From a virus (lineage: Duplodnaviria > Caudoviricetes): 55,181 nt of DNA. The DNA is taken from positions 1-55,181 of IMG/VR virus record IMGVR_UViG_3300031965_000037; one strand, written 5' to 3'. Each line of letters starts with the position of its first letter. Position 1 is the stretch's first letter. Made by a program: the position numbers and the translations under genes. The notes under the pieces were generated by a model, which was not told the origin of the DNA, made no database searches, and saw nothing but the letters and a program-made list of their open reading frames with translations. Shown piece by piece: positions 27,746-38,886 of the stretch.

Positions 27746-30700
27746 ATGGCGTTTAAACCCACGAGTGACGGCTTCGATTACGGAAACGCAGGATCCGATC
27801 ACTACGGATCGCGGCTGCTTGGATACCTTGGATGGGAGCCGAAGAGCGGCGTGGATGCAGGAGTACTCGTGCGAAGTGCCTCCGCTGGGTCCAGTCGAGC
27901 TTTTGCGATCGGTGAGCAGTCGATCGCAACGAATGGAGAAGTGCCTGTTGCCTTCATGCGGCGTGAGAGTTTTGCCGCAGACGTCAGCGTGCGAGCCTTC
28001 TTCAAATTCGTGGCCGTCGCAGGAGTGGCTCTCACCGACCACGGAAGCGAGTTCGGGGTGTTCGCGCGCGCGACATCTGGCACGCTCACAGACGACCTGA
28101 CTGAGTTCGTCCGGTACGTCGACGGTGACGCCTACGCGGCCTTGTTCACGCGGACGGGCTCGAATGAGTATTCCGCGAAGATCGTGCGTTGGTCTGGCGG
28201 AGTGGAGACGCTCTTGGCTTCGGAGAGCTACACGATCCAGCTACCGACGCTGGTTTCGAAGTCGTTTCGATTTCGCCTCGACGTGAGCACGAACACGAGC
28301 GGCGACGTCGACCTCTCGTTGCAGGTGCAGAACTTCAAGGCCCACTCGGTGTCACCGGCGCGTCCATCGCGAGGGATCATGTCGGTGAGCTCTGGGGACG
28401 GCCAGATTTTCGACGTGAAGAACAACTGGTTCGAGTTGTTGACTGTCACAGATTCGAGCGGCTCGAAGATCACAGGTGGTGGACGTTGTGGGTTTGTGAC
28501 GGAGCGCGAGCGCGAGTACGACTCTGGCGCGACGCGGATCGTGACGGCGACGAGTCTTTTCGGCGTCTTCTCGCTGAATGACACTCCGCTGTGGGTTGAT
28601 GACATGCTGCGGTCAAACTACCTGCTCTGCCGGCAATTCACGAGCGCGTGGGGATCGACGACCTACTCGCTCGCAAGCGATTTCACGAATGATTGGTTCT
28701 CCGACGAGCAGGATCCCACTCAGGTGCTCCGGCGCGACGCGGGTGGCGAGAACGTGTTGCAACAGAATCAGGGCAGCGGCGGCCAAGCTGTCGATCTTGT
28801 TCCCGGGACGGGCGACTACATCGAGCTGGATCTGTCGGATCCGAAGTACGTGTCGAACATCGTCGCGAGATCATTGACGAAATTCACGCTGTCGGTCTTC
28901 GCGAACATCGACACGAACGACACTGGAAACATCGTGTTCGACGACTTCCTTGATTTGGGCAACGGCACGAGTCTCGGCATGACGCTAGGCCTCAAGCCCG
29001 GCGTGGGCGCGAACACCTACCGCATGTTCGCGACGGTTTCCTCGCTCTCGAGCGGGTCTGGAACGACATTGGAGACTGCCGACATCACCGAGGTCGGGAT
29101 GCTCTCGACCACGACGCACTTCAGTTGGACGATCAGCGCTGCGAATGACCGCGTGCGTTTCTACATCAATGGATCGCTCTCGGTCGAGCGGGCCATGACT
29201 GAGGCCCCCCAGCTCCGAGGCTCTGCAACGACGCGAGTGGGATGGAACGGAACGGCGGGCTCGACTACCGCGAACTTCTTCGACGGTCGGCTCGACGAGT
29301 TGCGCCTGTACTGGGACGAGCTCGACGCTTCGGAGATCGCTCATCTCTCCGACCCGTCGGCGGTGGGAGTCGAGATCGACAGGCCGAAGCTGCTACATGG
29401 GTGGAGCTTCGACACGGCGGAGTTCAGCGCTGGCGGATTCGGTTTCGACGGCGACTGGCTTAAGGCGGTCTATGGCGTAGCGCTTCCGACGTCGCTCAAG
29501 GCAACCCTGATGGGGGCCGCAGCGACAGTCTCCGGCATCGCCAACGCGGCTAGACCTCGATGCCTGTTCGGATCTCAGCGTCCCGTTGACTCTCCATCCT
29601 CGCAGCATCGGGGAATCAAGGTCACGTTCGAAAACGTGAACCAAACCGCTGGTGTTTTTGTTCGCGCTGGGTTCACCGACCAGGCCGACTTCAACGGTTA
29701 CCGCCTCGACGTCCGCCCAGATCCAGCGGGTGAAGCGCGGCTCTATCGCGTGGTCTCAGGAGTCGAGACTTTGATCGCGACCGCGTTGGAGTCGATCGCG
29801 TTGAGCACGCAGTATGAGGTCAGGCTGTCCGTCGACCAGGCGAGTGGAACGTCTGCAAACTCGCCAGTCCTGCTGAACGTCTACCTGGATGGGATTCAAG
29901 TCGTGATGGTCGCCTCAGCGAGTGGCGACGTGAGCGCCGATGCAGCGGGCACGGTGAGGGACATGGCGGCTGATCGAATCCTGTCTGGGACGTTCGAGGG
30001 GTTTCACGCGCACACGCCGGGCGGAACGGATCCAATCGACTTCGATGATTGGGCGCAGGGCTACCTCGGCGGGATCAACTTCGCGCTCACTGGACCAAGT
30101 GTGAACCTATCGACGGAGATCTCCGGCGTGACGGGCAACCTCAACGACCTGCTCGGGATTCAGCCGACGCTTCCCCAACAGCGATTGCAGGTTGGGTTCT
30201 TGTCGCTGAGACAGTACGAAAGCGGTCATCAGCTCCGCATGACGCGAGACGTGAACTCACGGCGGCAATTCCCCGTGAGCGTTCAGGTACCGGTCGCAAC
30301 GCTCGCTTTGTTTCGCAGCTTCTGGATCGCGCACCGGGCGCACACGATTCCGTTCTTCTTCACGCCAGAGGGCGAGTCTCAAGGCATATTCGCCTTCATC
30401 GGAAAAAAGTACAACGCTCAGCCAGTGTCTCACGACGAGTGGCGACTGTCGTTCACTCTCGGAGAGAGGATCAATCCGAGCCCGAACGCGGGAGCCCTGA
30501 TGCCGCCGAGCGCGATCGCGTCTCCGATCCTCTGGGCTTCGGCTCAATCGAACGTCTACTCTGCGACGCCGAACACCTTCCCGGATTCGGCGGACGTCAA
30601 ATTGGCGTCCGTCGTGAGCGGAGACGTGCATCGAGTGTACGGCGCGGACGTGGGCATGACGCCGGGACCGACGCTCGAGAGCTTTGGTCGTCATCTCAAT

Positions 30701-31366
30701 GGTGCGCTCTCGACGGGCTCGGCTTCGAGCCAGTGGGCTTTGATCGAGTTCGCTTCAGCGGGAGTGATCAACGGCAAGCGATCGCTTGAGCCCCGTGGCA
30801 GCGACGAGTTCTATCTGGCTCGCCCGAACATCCTGCCGTTCGTCAGTCCGTTTTGGACGGACCAAGGCGGGTTCACGCTCATGGCTCACCTGATCCCCCC
30901 GACGTCGGGCTACGGTGCGTCGGAGCATATCTTCCATGTCGCTGACGGCAGCGCCAACACGATCATGCGTATTGGCTGGACAGACTCTCGTTTCTACCGC
31001 ACGGCTGGCTCCGCCGGAGTCCTCGCTTCGGGCTACGACTTCGGCGGGGCGGTCGCAGCGAAGACGATCGTGGTGCGCTGGGTGCCTGGCGGCGACGTGC
31101 ACCTCTGGGATGGAGGCGGCGCGTCAGTGGCTACCGCATCCTTCTCGGGCCTCTCCATGACGTCGGCGAGCCCAGCGGCGTCGCGGATCTTCGTCAGCTC
31201 GGCAGCCGAGAGCACCTCGATTCAAGCTGATGCGGGCATCGGGTCGAAGGTTTTCCCTCAGGACTTCGCGGTGTGGGATTTCGCCTTGACTGACGCGGAG
31301 GTTGACGCTGTGGCAAACTACTGGTCAGCGCAGTACGGTTCGACCTGGACGGCGCTGGTCCCATGA
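27746..31366 (+). CDS. Large tail protein: ConA/LamG-like lectin domains plus an embedded distal-tail (gpM-like) domain
   Basis: FYINGSL, FDGRLDELRLY, AVWDFALTDAEV...YWSAQY; RRQF...PFFFTPEGE segment near 30200-30470. Confidence 0.7.
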   Translation: MAFKPTSDGFDYGNAGSDHYGSRLLGYLGWEPKSGVDAGVLVRSASAGSSRAFAIGEQSIATNGEVPVAFMRRESFAADVSVRAFFKFVAVAGVALTDHGSEFGVFARATSGTLTDDLTEFVRYVDGDAYAALFTRTGSNEYSAKIVRWSGGVETLLASESYTIQLPTLVSKSFRFRLDVSTNTSGDVDLSLQVQNFKAHSVSPARPSRGIMSVSSGDGQIFDVKNNWFELLTVTDSSGSKITGGGRCGFVTEREREYDSGATRIVTATSLFGVFSLNDTPLWVDDMLRSNYLLCRQFTSAWGSTTYSLASDFTNDWFSDEQDPTQVLRRDAGGENVLQQNQGSGGQAVDLVPGTGDYIELDLSDPKYVSNIVARSLTKFTLSVFANIDTNDTGNIVFDDFLDLGNGTSLGMTLGLKPGVGANTYRMFATVSSLSSGSGTTLETADITEVGMLSTTTHFSWTISAANDRVRFYINGSLSVERAMTEAPQLRGSATTRVGWNGTAGSTTANFFDGRLDELRLYWDELDASEIAHLSDPSAVGVEIDRPKLLHGWSFDTAEFSAGGFGFDGDWLKAVYGVALPTSLKATLMGAAATVSGIANAARPRCLFGSQRPVDSPSSQHRGIKVTFENVNQTAGVFVRAGFTDQADFNGYRLDVRPDPAGEARLYRVVSGVETLIATALESIALSTQYEVRLSVDQASGTSANSPVLLNVYLDGIQVVMVASASGDVSADAAGTVRDMAADRILSGTFEGFHAHTPGGTDPIDFDDWAQGYLGGINFALTGPSVNLSTEISGVTGNLNDLLGIQPTLPQQRLQVGFLSLRQYESGHQLRMTRDVNSRRQFPVSVQVPVATLALFRSFWIAHRAHTIPFFFTPEGESQGIFAFIGKKYNAQPVSHDEWRLSFTLGERINPSPNAGALMPPSAIASPILWASAQSNVYSATPNTFPDSADVKLASVVSGDVHRVYGADVGMTPGPTLESFGRHLNGALSTGSASSQWALIEFASAGVINGKRSLEPRGSDEFYLARPNILPFVSPFWTDQGGFTLMAHLIPPTSGYGASEHIFHVADGSANTIMRIGWTDSRFYRTAGSAGVLASGYDFGGAVAAKTIVVRWVPGGDVHLWDGGGASVATASFSGLSMTSASPAASRIFVSSAAESTSIQADAGIGSKVFPQDFAVWDFALTDAEVDAVANYWSAQYGSTWTALVP

Positions 31367-32046
31367 GAGACATACCCCAAGAGTTTCGACTCGCGATGAA
31401 CGAACGTTTCCAGGTGGAGCCGTGGGTTTGGCTGCTCGAGGTGAACGTGCCGACCGATCCGCCGCAGGTCGTTCGGATCTGCAACGGCACCAAGAGCTTG
31501 GACTTCGACAGCGACAATTCTGGCACTCCGCACACATACAAGCCGACGAGGTTTTCGTTCGATCGAATTCGGATCGACACGGAGGGCTCTCTTCCTCAGC
31601 TTCCACTTTCGATTTCGAACGTGACGCGTGAGGCCGCGATTATCCTGATTGAACACCGCTACCTGGTTAAGCAGCCGGTTCGGATGATCCTGGTCAACAT
31701 CGGGACGATCGACAACCCCGAGGCCAAGATCGAATTCAAGCTGGAAGTGAAGTCGAGCGCGGTTGCGAGTCGCGCCGTGACGTTCAACCTCTCGAGCTAT
31801 TCGTTGAACTCTGTCAAGGCTCCGGTCCGCCACCTCAGTCGGACGATTTGCGATCACCCTTACGGCAGCGCGCTTTGCGGATTTGATATCGACACGCTGG
31901 ACCCCAACCTGTCCACCCTTGGACTTTGCCCGAAAACGGAAGACGGCTGCACGCTCCGAGGCGATCTCGAAGTCGCGGCTGCGATGACACGTCAACACCC
32001 AGAAAGGATCGGACTATGCAAGGGGCTCGCTCTCGGCGGTCAGTGA
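31363..32046 (+). CDS. Minor tail protein, lambda gpL-like
   Basis: LSISNVTR, C-terminal CDHPYGSALCG...CPKTEDGC. Confidence 0.75.
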   Translation: MRDIPQEFRLAMNERFQVEPWVWLLEVNVPTDPPQVVRICNGTKSLDFDSDNSGTPHTYKPTRFSFDRIRIDTEGSLPQLPLSISNVTREAAIILIEHRYLVKQPVRMILVNIGTIDNPEAKIEFKLEVKSSAVASRAVTFNLSSYSLNSVKAPVRHLSRTICDHPYGSALCGFDIDTLDPNLSTLGLCPKTEDGCTLRGDLEVAAAMTRQHPERIGLCKGLALGGQ

Positions 32047-32426
32047 ACGTCGATCACCTCCTGGTCGTTCCGTGGATGGATCAGCACTGCGGCCAGCTCG
32101 CCTTTGCCATCCTGCACGACGTGCTTGGCCTTGATGTGCGCGAGCATGATCTCTGGATTGACACGGAGTCGGCGAACCTCGAGTCGCGTGTCGAGGAGTA
32201 TCTGTCTTCGCAAGGTGATCGATGGAAACGAGTCGAAGCCCCATCGGAAGTCGGTGACGTTATGTGGTCAGTCGGCGCTCGTGAATTTGGCAAGAACCAC
32301 CTATCCGTTGTGGTCGCGCTCGATCCCGTCCCGATGATCGCTTCGACGCGCAAGGCGTCCGGTCCTTTCATTCAGCGCGCCTCAGCTAACAAGCGCGTGC
32401 TCGGCGTCTACAGGTTCGTCGGATGA
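32043..32426 (+). CDS. NlpC/P60-like tail protein (gpK-like)
   Basis: GTGA overlap start 32043; PW...HCGQL, GDV, HLSVV, GVYRF. Confidence 0.6.
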   Translation: MNVDHLLVVPWMDQHCGQLAFAILHDVLGLDVREHDLWIDTESANLESRVEEYLSSQGDRWKRVEAPSEVGDVMWSVGAREFGKNHLSVVVALDPVPMIASTRKASGPFIQRASANKRVLGVYRFVG

Positions 32427-35400
32427 TTGACTCGGTGATCGTGCTCGAGCCGCAGGGGTGGTTTGACAACCAGCTTCGCCGCCGGAGTGTCCAGTGGCGC
32501 GACGGTTTGACCGTGGGAGACTTGTTCCCTGGCTCGCCGGTCGATCGCATGGCGTTCAAGATCGGCAGCAGGATGGCTCGTCGTAATGACCAGGTGGGCC
32601 CTGGTGACGTTGTAGTCGGAGTTGAGTCGCCCGCAGGCGAGGCCGTCGTTGGGTTCATCATCCAGGTCTTGATTTCGGCCGCCGTTGGATTTGTCGTCTC
32701 GAAGCTGATCGGGCCGCCCAAGGCTCCCAAGGCCATCGGAGACGAAAGCAAGCCGAGCGAGTCGTTCAGCTTCGGTGGCACGCGCACGATCTACTCAGGC
32801 AACGGCGTCCCGTTGCCGCTCGTGTACGGCGAGCGCGCGGTCGGTGGTGTCGTGATCGGTTCGAACGTCTTCGCGAGTGGCAGCCCGCAGCCGCAGCAGG
32901 TCTTGACGATCCTGCTCGCCCTCTGCTCTGGACCCGTCGAGAGCGTGGCTGGATTCACGACCGATCGCGATGGAGTCACGGGTGCTGAGATTCCAGACGA
33001 CCTATTGATCAACGAGAATCCCGCTTCTTCTTACAGCGGGATCGAGATCTCGGTTCGGTTGGGGTCCGTGAATCAAACGGCGATCGCTGGTGCACCTACC
33101 GCCACGCTTGAAGCGTTGATCGGGTTGCCGATCACCAACGAGCACATCGACGACGCTCTCCCGGCTGTCACCGACTGGTCGAACGCTGTTGTGCACACGA
33201 TGGCTGAGGACGGTGACGGGTTCCTGCTTTCGATCGCATTCCTTAATGGGCTGTATTCGAGCGGCGGGGCGTCGATTTTGCCCGAAGAGGTTTCTTTCGA
33301 AGTGCGCTACCGTCGGGTCGACGATTTCGGCGTCCCGTTCGGCGACTACTGGCCCGGTGGGACGGTTGCCCCGACGCTCGGCATACCGTTCTCGGTCGAG
33401 CGCGCGCTGCTTGCGCCGTTCTCCGAGGGCATCTTCTTCCAACTCTTCGATCCAGCCCAGGCCGCTACAATCATCGCGTCCGAGGCGATCCACCTCCACA
33501 ACGATGGCGGTGGATCCGGTGTCTACCTCGACAGCGACGGCACGGCAACGGATGGGTCGGGCGGTGGCGCGTGGCCGGACGACGGCTCAACGGTCGAGGC
33601 TTACTCGGTGGAGATGTTCGTTCGCCTTGGCAACACGATCAGCATTTTCAACACCGGGCTCGTGATGATTACCGACGAGTTCCCCGAGGTCGGCAACTCG
33701 GCTGTCCCGCACGACCCCGATGGCACTGGTACGATCAGCGCGTTCAAGGGGCTCTGCCTCTACGCCCGTCCGAGTGGAAGCAACACGCGCTTCGTCGGCT
33801 TCGTCTGGGGCGACGGAGTTGGTGTCGGCGAGGACGTCGGGTGGACCCGCTGCGAATCCGGCTTGGAGATTGACAACTTCGTCGGCGGCTCAGGTATCGA
33901 CACCGAGGCGATCTCGGCGCCAGTCAGCCCTGACATGATCGCGCATATCGTCTGCACGTTCGAGCGGAACTTCGACGGCAATGGGAACAATCGTGGTCGG
34001 CTGTACCTCAATGGCGCTCTTCAGGCAACGAAAGTCTCGACGATCGATTTCAACTGGCCGGCGACAGCCGATCTCTACGAGTTCCCGGTCTCAAAGGTTC
34101 GTGGGCCGGTGCTCATCAACCACGTGCAAGGTGCTCAGTTTCTCGATTCCGTGATCCACGTTGGGCACAACGTCATTGATCGCGTCGTGCTCTACCGCGA
34201 GGCGCTGAGCGAGAACGATGCGTTTTTTAAGTACGCGAATGGCAACGGCGAGATCCCGAACCTCCAGACCGAACAGGTCGAAGCATGGTGGGAGATGGGG
34301 TCGGTTGATCTCGTCGACGCAGGCAGCGAGTTCGTGATGCTGGATCGATCCGGTAACTCGCACACACTGCGCGTCTACCAGGGTGCTCACGGGGGCGCGG
34401 GGCAACCGCAGAAGCCGACCTATGGCGTCGCGTCCGCATTCGTGATCCAGCCAGGTTTCGGACTCGGCGCGACCTTCATCGGTTCGCAGCTTCGGGGACG
34501 GTACGAGATCAGCATCCAGCGCGTTGATCTCGTCGAGGACTCCAACGACCTGTCCGACAAGGCGACGCTTGAGTCGTTGACGATCTTCACCTCGACTCGA
34601 TTCTCTTACCCCGAGATTGCGCTGATTTCGATCCGCGTGCCCGCGCAGGATCAGCTTTCGGGACTCCAGCCGAACGTGAGTTGTCCGGTGCGTGGGTTCC
34701 GAGTTCCGATTTGGGACGGACTCAGCGAGAGCAACCCGACGTACACCTACCAGTGGAGTCGGAACAACGCATGGATCGGACTCCACATGCTGACCGCGAA
34801 GCATACCGGTCTCGACCGGTTTCACAGCTTGACGGATAGCCCGATCATCGCGAAGTGGAAGGCGTGGGCAGACTTCTGCGACGAGCTCGTTGACGACCAA
34901 GTGGCTCCGTTTGATCCGACCACGGAGGTCGGTGCGACGACTACGATGACGGCGCTCGTGACGGTTAGCGGGAACACGATTCGGTTCGAGACCGGTTCGG
35001 CTGCGCTTTCGCCTCACCTGATCCCGAGCAATTGGAGCGTCGGCGACACGTTGATTGTCAATTCTATGCCAGCCGGTCAGGTTTCGGACGGCTGGCCCGA
35101 TGAGAGCTATTACCTTGTGGTCACCGCGCTGGGGAACAACACGCCCCAGAACTACGTCGAGTGCGCATGGCCGTCAGGGTTGTCGTACCCGCCCACAGGG
35201 TCAGCGACCATCGCGCTGAATGCGAGCACGATCACCTTTTCACGACTTGAACCTCGATCTGAAGCTGATGTGGTGGTCGACTCGGAGAATCAGTCCGCAT
35301 GGGAGTTGTTGCTTGAGGTCTGCAACGCCGGGCGCGCTGTCCCTGTGCGCATCGGCGACCAGGTAGGAATCGCCTTCCAAGGCTTGCGCTCCCCAGTCCA

Positions 35401-37399
35401 AATGTTCTCCGACGCAAACGTGATCCCTGGCTCGGTTACGCTTTCGTCGCACAGTTCAGAGGAGGAGTTCAATTCTGTTGATTACCGATTCCACAACCGA
35501 CTGAAACAGTATCGTCGGGACGCCAAGCGTGTCGACCATTCAGACTTGAGCGACGGATCGAACACTCAAATTGCGAGCCGATCGCTTTCGACTTCGATCA
35601 TCACGCGCGCGAGCCAGATTGCGAGGGAGTCGCGCTATCTGCTCAATTTGAACAAGCTGATCGGAGATTGGATCGAGTTCGAGACCGCGGTCGAGGCGCT
35701 TGCGATCGAGCCCGGTGACGTGTTCTTGTTCTCTGGATCCGACCCGGCCTTTGGCTTCGCTGGTCGGCTCCCGGCGCAGCTGAACATCGGAGCGACCTCG
35801 CTGGCCGTGGACGTCGATGTGAACTTCGACGCTGGTGTGACCTACCGCTTGGCCGTGACGACTCAGGACGGGACGATCGAGCAAACGGTGGTCACAGCTT
35901 CGGCGGGCTTCTACGCAGCTGGCGCTTCGATTTCGATTTCGCCAGCGCTCGCCGGAACTGCGCTGCGTGACGCTCACTGGGCGTTTGGCACGCTCGACAC
36001 GGTGACGAGAGAGTATCAGCTCACCGTGCTCGAGATCACCGACACGCTCACGGTGATCGTGCGCGGCGCGGAGTACAACGCCGACGTCCACGACGAGACC
36101 AGCTTTCCCGACTTGCCGACCGAGAGCGGATCCGAGCTGTATGACCCGAGCGGTGGCAATGGATTCCCACCGCCGCTTGCCGCCCTATCGGTAGAGGAGG
36201 TCGCTGGACCGTCGCCATTCGGGACAGTCGGCAGCACCGGGCTCTTCGTGTCGATCCAGCACTCGACCACGAGTGCGCTGCTTGGATCGCGGAATCAGGC
36301 GGGCAACGCGAACGACGTGGTCGTGACGGCGCGCCCAGTGTCTAGTGTCGCCAAGCCTGTGACGCTAGGCGTGATCGCCGCCGGGTCGACCTTCGGGCTT
36401 TTCGAGTTGCAGGGTGGCCAGTGGGCTCCCGGTACGCTGATCGAGGTCTCGGCGGCACCCAGCAGCCCAGCTGGTGCGGCGTCATCCCCGACGCGCGCGC
36501 GCAAGGCCCGAGTGCGGTTGTCCGGGCGTGGCCCGATGCCGACGGCCCCCCGTGGACTCGTAGCGACTCAGACCGGATCCAGCGTCATCTACCGCGTCCT
36601 GTCCCCCGTCGCTGGGTCCAGAGCGCGCCCGATCCGGGCCGAGATCCGGGCGGGCGGTTGGATCCTCGGTCAGCACGTCGCGACCGTGGTGCCCGGCGAG
36701 CCGACCCGCCCGAGCGACGCCTGGCTCGTCTTGCCCGAGGGCGCGATGGGCCGCAAGGCTGCGCCGCTCTACACCCGATTTGAGTTCGCGAACGGTCAGT
36801 GGTCGGACGCCTACATCTTGACCGGGTTCGAGCCGAGCGCGCCGGGGGCTGAGCTCAAGTCGGACTCGTACGAGGAGGGGCCGTGGGACTCGGTCACGGG
36901 AGACAGCGGCTCAGTCGCGTTGTCCGAGATGGAGAGCGAGTCTCAGCCAGACGGCGACGAGGTGCTGCGCTTCACCGATGCGAGCGCTTCGCTAACGGGG
37001 ACTTGGACGTCTCCCGAGTACGATGTCGGCGCGGCGCAAAAGTGTGCGGTGTTCTTCGCGATCGAGGGCTCGCAGATCCACCCGATGACCTTCGAGGGCG
37101 CGGTGGGCAATTCGCGAGCCTATCGAGACTGGAGCATCGAGGGCCCGCTGTCCGACTTCCCGGACATGCCCGCAAGCTTCCAGGGCCAGTGCGAGGTCAC
37201 GCTGGAGATCGCGTACTCGGACACAGCGACGCCGGGGACTGACTGGCAGGAATATCGCCCCGGCGTGTTCAGCGCGAGGTCTTTCGCGTTCCGCATCTCG
37301 GTCACCAGGCCGTCCGTCGAGTTCAATGTCTCGATTTGGCGCGGGGCCTTCGCGATCACCGAGCCAGCATCCGTCGTGTCGCACGCGGGGAGCTTCTGA
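32423..37399 (+). CDS. Central tail tip/host-specificity protein (gpI+gpJ-like) with LamG insert
   Basis: PLPLVYGERAVGG, LCSGPV, YPEIAL, SRNNAW, IEPGDV, EYNADVH. Confidence 0.85.
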   Translation: MIDSVIVLEPQGWFDNQLRRRSVQWRDGLTVGDLFPGSPVDRMAFKIGSRMARRNDQVGPGDVVVGVESPAGEAVVGFIIQVLISAAVGFVVSKLIGPPKAPKAIGDESKPSESFSFGGTRTIYSGNGVPLPLVYGERAVGGVVIGSNVFASGSPQPQQVLTILLALCSGPVESVAGFTTDRDGVTGAEIPDDLLINENPASSYSGIEISVRLGSVNQTAIAGAPTATLEALIGLPITNEHIDDALPAVTDWSNAVVHTMAEDGDGFLLSIAFLNGLYSSGGASILPEEVSFEVRYRRVDDFGVPFGDYWPGGTVAPTLGIPFSVERALLAPFSEGIFFQLFDPAQAATIIASEAIHLHNDGGGSGVYLDSDGTATDGSGGGAWPDDGSTVEAYSVEMFVRLGNTISIFNTGLVMITDEFPEVGNSAVPHDPDGTGTISAFKGLCLYARPSGSNTRFVGFVWGDGVGVGEDVGWTRCESGLEIDNFVGGSGIDTEAISAPVSPDMIAHIVCTFERNFDGNGNNRGRLYLNGALQATKVSTIDFNWPATADLYEFPVSKVRGPVLINHVQGAQFLDSVIHVGHNVIDRVVLYREALSENDAFFKYANGNGEIPNLQTEQVEAWWEMGSVDLVDAGSEFVMLDRSGNSHTLRVYQGAHGGAGQPQKPTYGVASAFVIQPGFGLGATFIGSQLRGRYEISIQRVDLVEDSNDLSDKATLESLTIFTSTRFSYPEIALISIRVPAQDQLSGLQPNVSCPVRGFRVPIWDGLSESNPTYTYQWSRNNAWIGLHMLTAKHTGLDRFHSLTDSPIIAKWKAWADFCDELVDDQVAPFDPTTEVGATTTMTALVTVSGNTIRFETGSAALSPHLIPSNWSVGDTLIVNSMPAGQVSDGWPDESYYLVVTALGNNTPQNYVECAWPSGLSYPPTGSATIALNASTITFSRLEPRSEADVVVDSENQSAWELLLEVCNAGRAVPVRIGDQVGIAFQGLRSPVQMFSDANVIPGSVTLSSHSSEEEFNSVDYRFHNRLKQYRRDAKRVDHSDLSDGSNTQIASRSLSTSIITRASQIARESRYLLNLNKLIGDWIEFETAVEALAIEPGDVFLFSGSDPAFGFAGRLPAQLNIGATSLAVDVDVNFDAGVTYRLAVTTQDGTIEQTVVTASAGFYAAGASISISPALAGTALRDAHWAFGTLDTVTREYQLTVLEITDTLTVIVRGAEYNADVHDETSFPDLPTESGSELYDPSGGNGFPPPLAALSVEEVAGPSPFGTVGSTGLFVSIQHSTTSALLGSRNQAGNANDVVVTARPVSSVAKPVTLGVIAAGSTFGLFELQGGQWAPGTLIEVSAAPSSPAGAASSPTRARKARVRLSGRGPMPTAPRGLVATQTGSSVIYRVLSPVAGSRARPIRAEIRAGGWILGQHVATVVPGEPTRPSDAWLVLPEGAMGRKAAPLYTRFEFANGQWSDAYILTGFEPSAPGAELKSDSYEEGPWDSVTGDSGSVALSEMESESQPDGDEVLRFTDASASLTGTWTSPEYDVGAAQKCAVFFAIEGSQIHPMTFEGAVGNSRAYRDWSIEGPLSDFPDMPASFQGQCEVTLEIAYSDTATPGTDWQEYRPGVFSARSFAFRISVTRPSVEFNVSIWRGAFAITEPASVVSHAGSF

Positions 37400-37400
37400 G

Positions 37401-38000
37401 GTGGGCGTCTACGACCAGGAGGACATCCACCGCATTCGCACCGGCGGTGAAGCCGACCGTCTAGCGGCGACGCCGCTCGAAGGCGAACTCATCGCCACGA
37501 TGGACGGCTCGTCGCCCGTGCTATACCTGGGCGACGGGTCGACTTCCGGCGGGTTCTTCGTTGGGCCGCTCGGTGGTTTTTTCGCCGTCGAGAAGCTGAG
37601 CACAGACTGCGGCCCGGTGACCGCGATTCCGTGGACGGCGCACCCAGTCCAGACCGAGGAGTTCGGTCACGACACGGGGGTCAACCCAAGCGAGGTGAGC
37701 TTCCTGGCGGGCGGTCTATTCCTCGTGAGCTGCTCGATCACGGTGACGTTCAGCGCGACGACCTTCTTCACGCTTCAAATTCAGCGAGATCAGTCGTCTG
37801 GAACCTGGAAGAACATCAACGGCGGAGGCACGATAACCTCTGGCGTCGCCGGCGACATCCGAACAGCGACGGCCTCCTGCATGTACGCATTTCCGCCAAC
37901 CGAAAAGCTGCGAGTCGTAGGCAGCAATGGGCTGCTGACTACGACCAACACCGTGCTCGTCGCCAACTACTGTTCCATCGAAATTACCCGAATCAGGTAG
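37401..38000 (+). CDS. Short tail fibre/receptor-binding protein
   Basis: N-terminal RTG...PLEGEL..T.DG..LYLGDGSTSGG fibre-attachment motif; C1q/TNF-like beta C-terminus. Confidence 0.6.
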   Translation: MGVYDQEDIHRIRTGGEADRLAATPLEGELIATMDGSSPVLYLGDGSTSGGFFVGPLGGFFAVEKLSTDCGPVTAIPWTAHPVQTEEFGHDTGVNPSEVSFLAGGLFLVSCSITVTFSATTFFTLQIQRDQSSGTWKNINGGGTITSGVAGDIRTATASCMYAFPPTEKLRVVGSNGLLTTTNTVLVANYCSIEITRIR

Positions 38001-38004
38001 CCCT

Positions 38005-38883
38005 ATGTCCGAAGCTGATTTCACAGACATTGATCCGAGCGAGCCGCTCTCGAGCCTCTACCGAAAGATCAACGCGCGCACAAAAGCGAACCGATCCTTC
38101 GAGTCATCCCCAACCCCTCCATCGTCACCCGTTGCTAATCAGTTCTACGTCGACAGCATCAACGGGATTTTTGCTCAACGTAACGACGACAACACGGAGT
38201 GGATCTTCCAGTGGCTGATCGGCCAGGGTGCGCACTCGTTCGTTCGGCTACCAGAGCCCGCGACTCCGTCGACCGTTCAGGTTCGAACCGAACTCGACAC
38301 GTTGCTTAACGCCGGTGGGTTCACCGATCTTGAACAGCAGGGCGCGGACACGTTCATGTTCGTCAGCTCGGCGTCTTGCCCGCTGGTCATCGAGATCCCG
38401 GTGCCCAGCGTCTTCCCTAGATGGGACGGGAGGCTGCACGCGGTCTACCTCGACAATGTCATCGACGCGGGGGACACTGTCGAGATTCAGCTCGAAGGGA
38501 CGGGAACTACCGGCGCCCGCCTGACGCGCCCTGGGGATTTTTGGATCGGGCGTGTCGACGCGGCCGGGGCGTGGGAGACGCTCGCGACGAACGCGATGAA
38601 TGGAGTCCAGGCTGTGAGCGCATCAGCCGTGAACGTGGACGACTTCACCGGGCTCTACATCGTCGAGACATCGTCGAACGACGTGACGCTTTCGCTACCT
38701 AGTCTCGGATCATTGCAGCGGGCTCGCGGGCCGATCAGCTTCAAGAAGACCTCGGCGTCAAACAACATGATCATCGACACGGCGGGCAGCGAGTTGATCG
38801 ACGGCGCGGCGTCCGTCTCCTACTCGGCGCAGTACGCATCCGTGACCATCGCGCCCTACGACCAAGCCTACTGGATCATCTGA
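38005..38883 (+). CDS. Tail fibre-associated structural protein
   Basis: PSSPVANQFYVD, VTLSLP...FKKT...ELIDG...YWII. Confidence 0.55.
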   Translation: MSEADFTDIDPSEPLSSLYRKINARTKANRSFESSPTPPSSPVANQFYVDSINGIFAQRNDDNTEWIFQWLIGQGAHSFVRLPEPATPSTVQVRTELDTLLNAGGFTDLEQQGADTFMFVSSASCPLVIEIPVPSVFPRWDGRLHAVYLDNVIDAGDTVEIQLEGTGTTGARLTRPGDFWIGRVDAAGAWETLATNAMNGVQAVSASAVNVDDFTGLYIVETSSNDVTLSLPSLGSLQRARGPISFKKTSASNNMIIDTAGSELIDGAASVSYSAQYASVTIAPYDQAYWII

Positions 38884-38886
38884 GCC

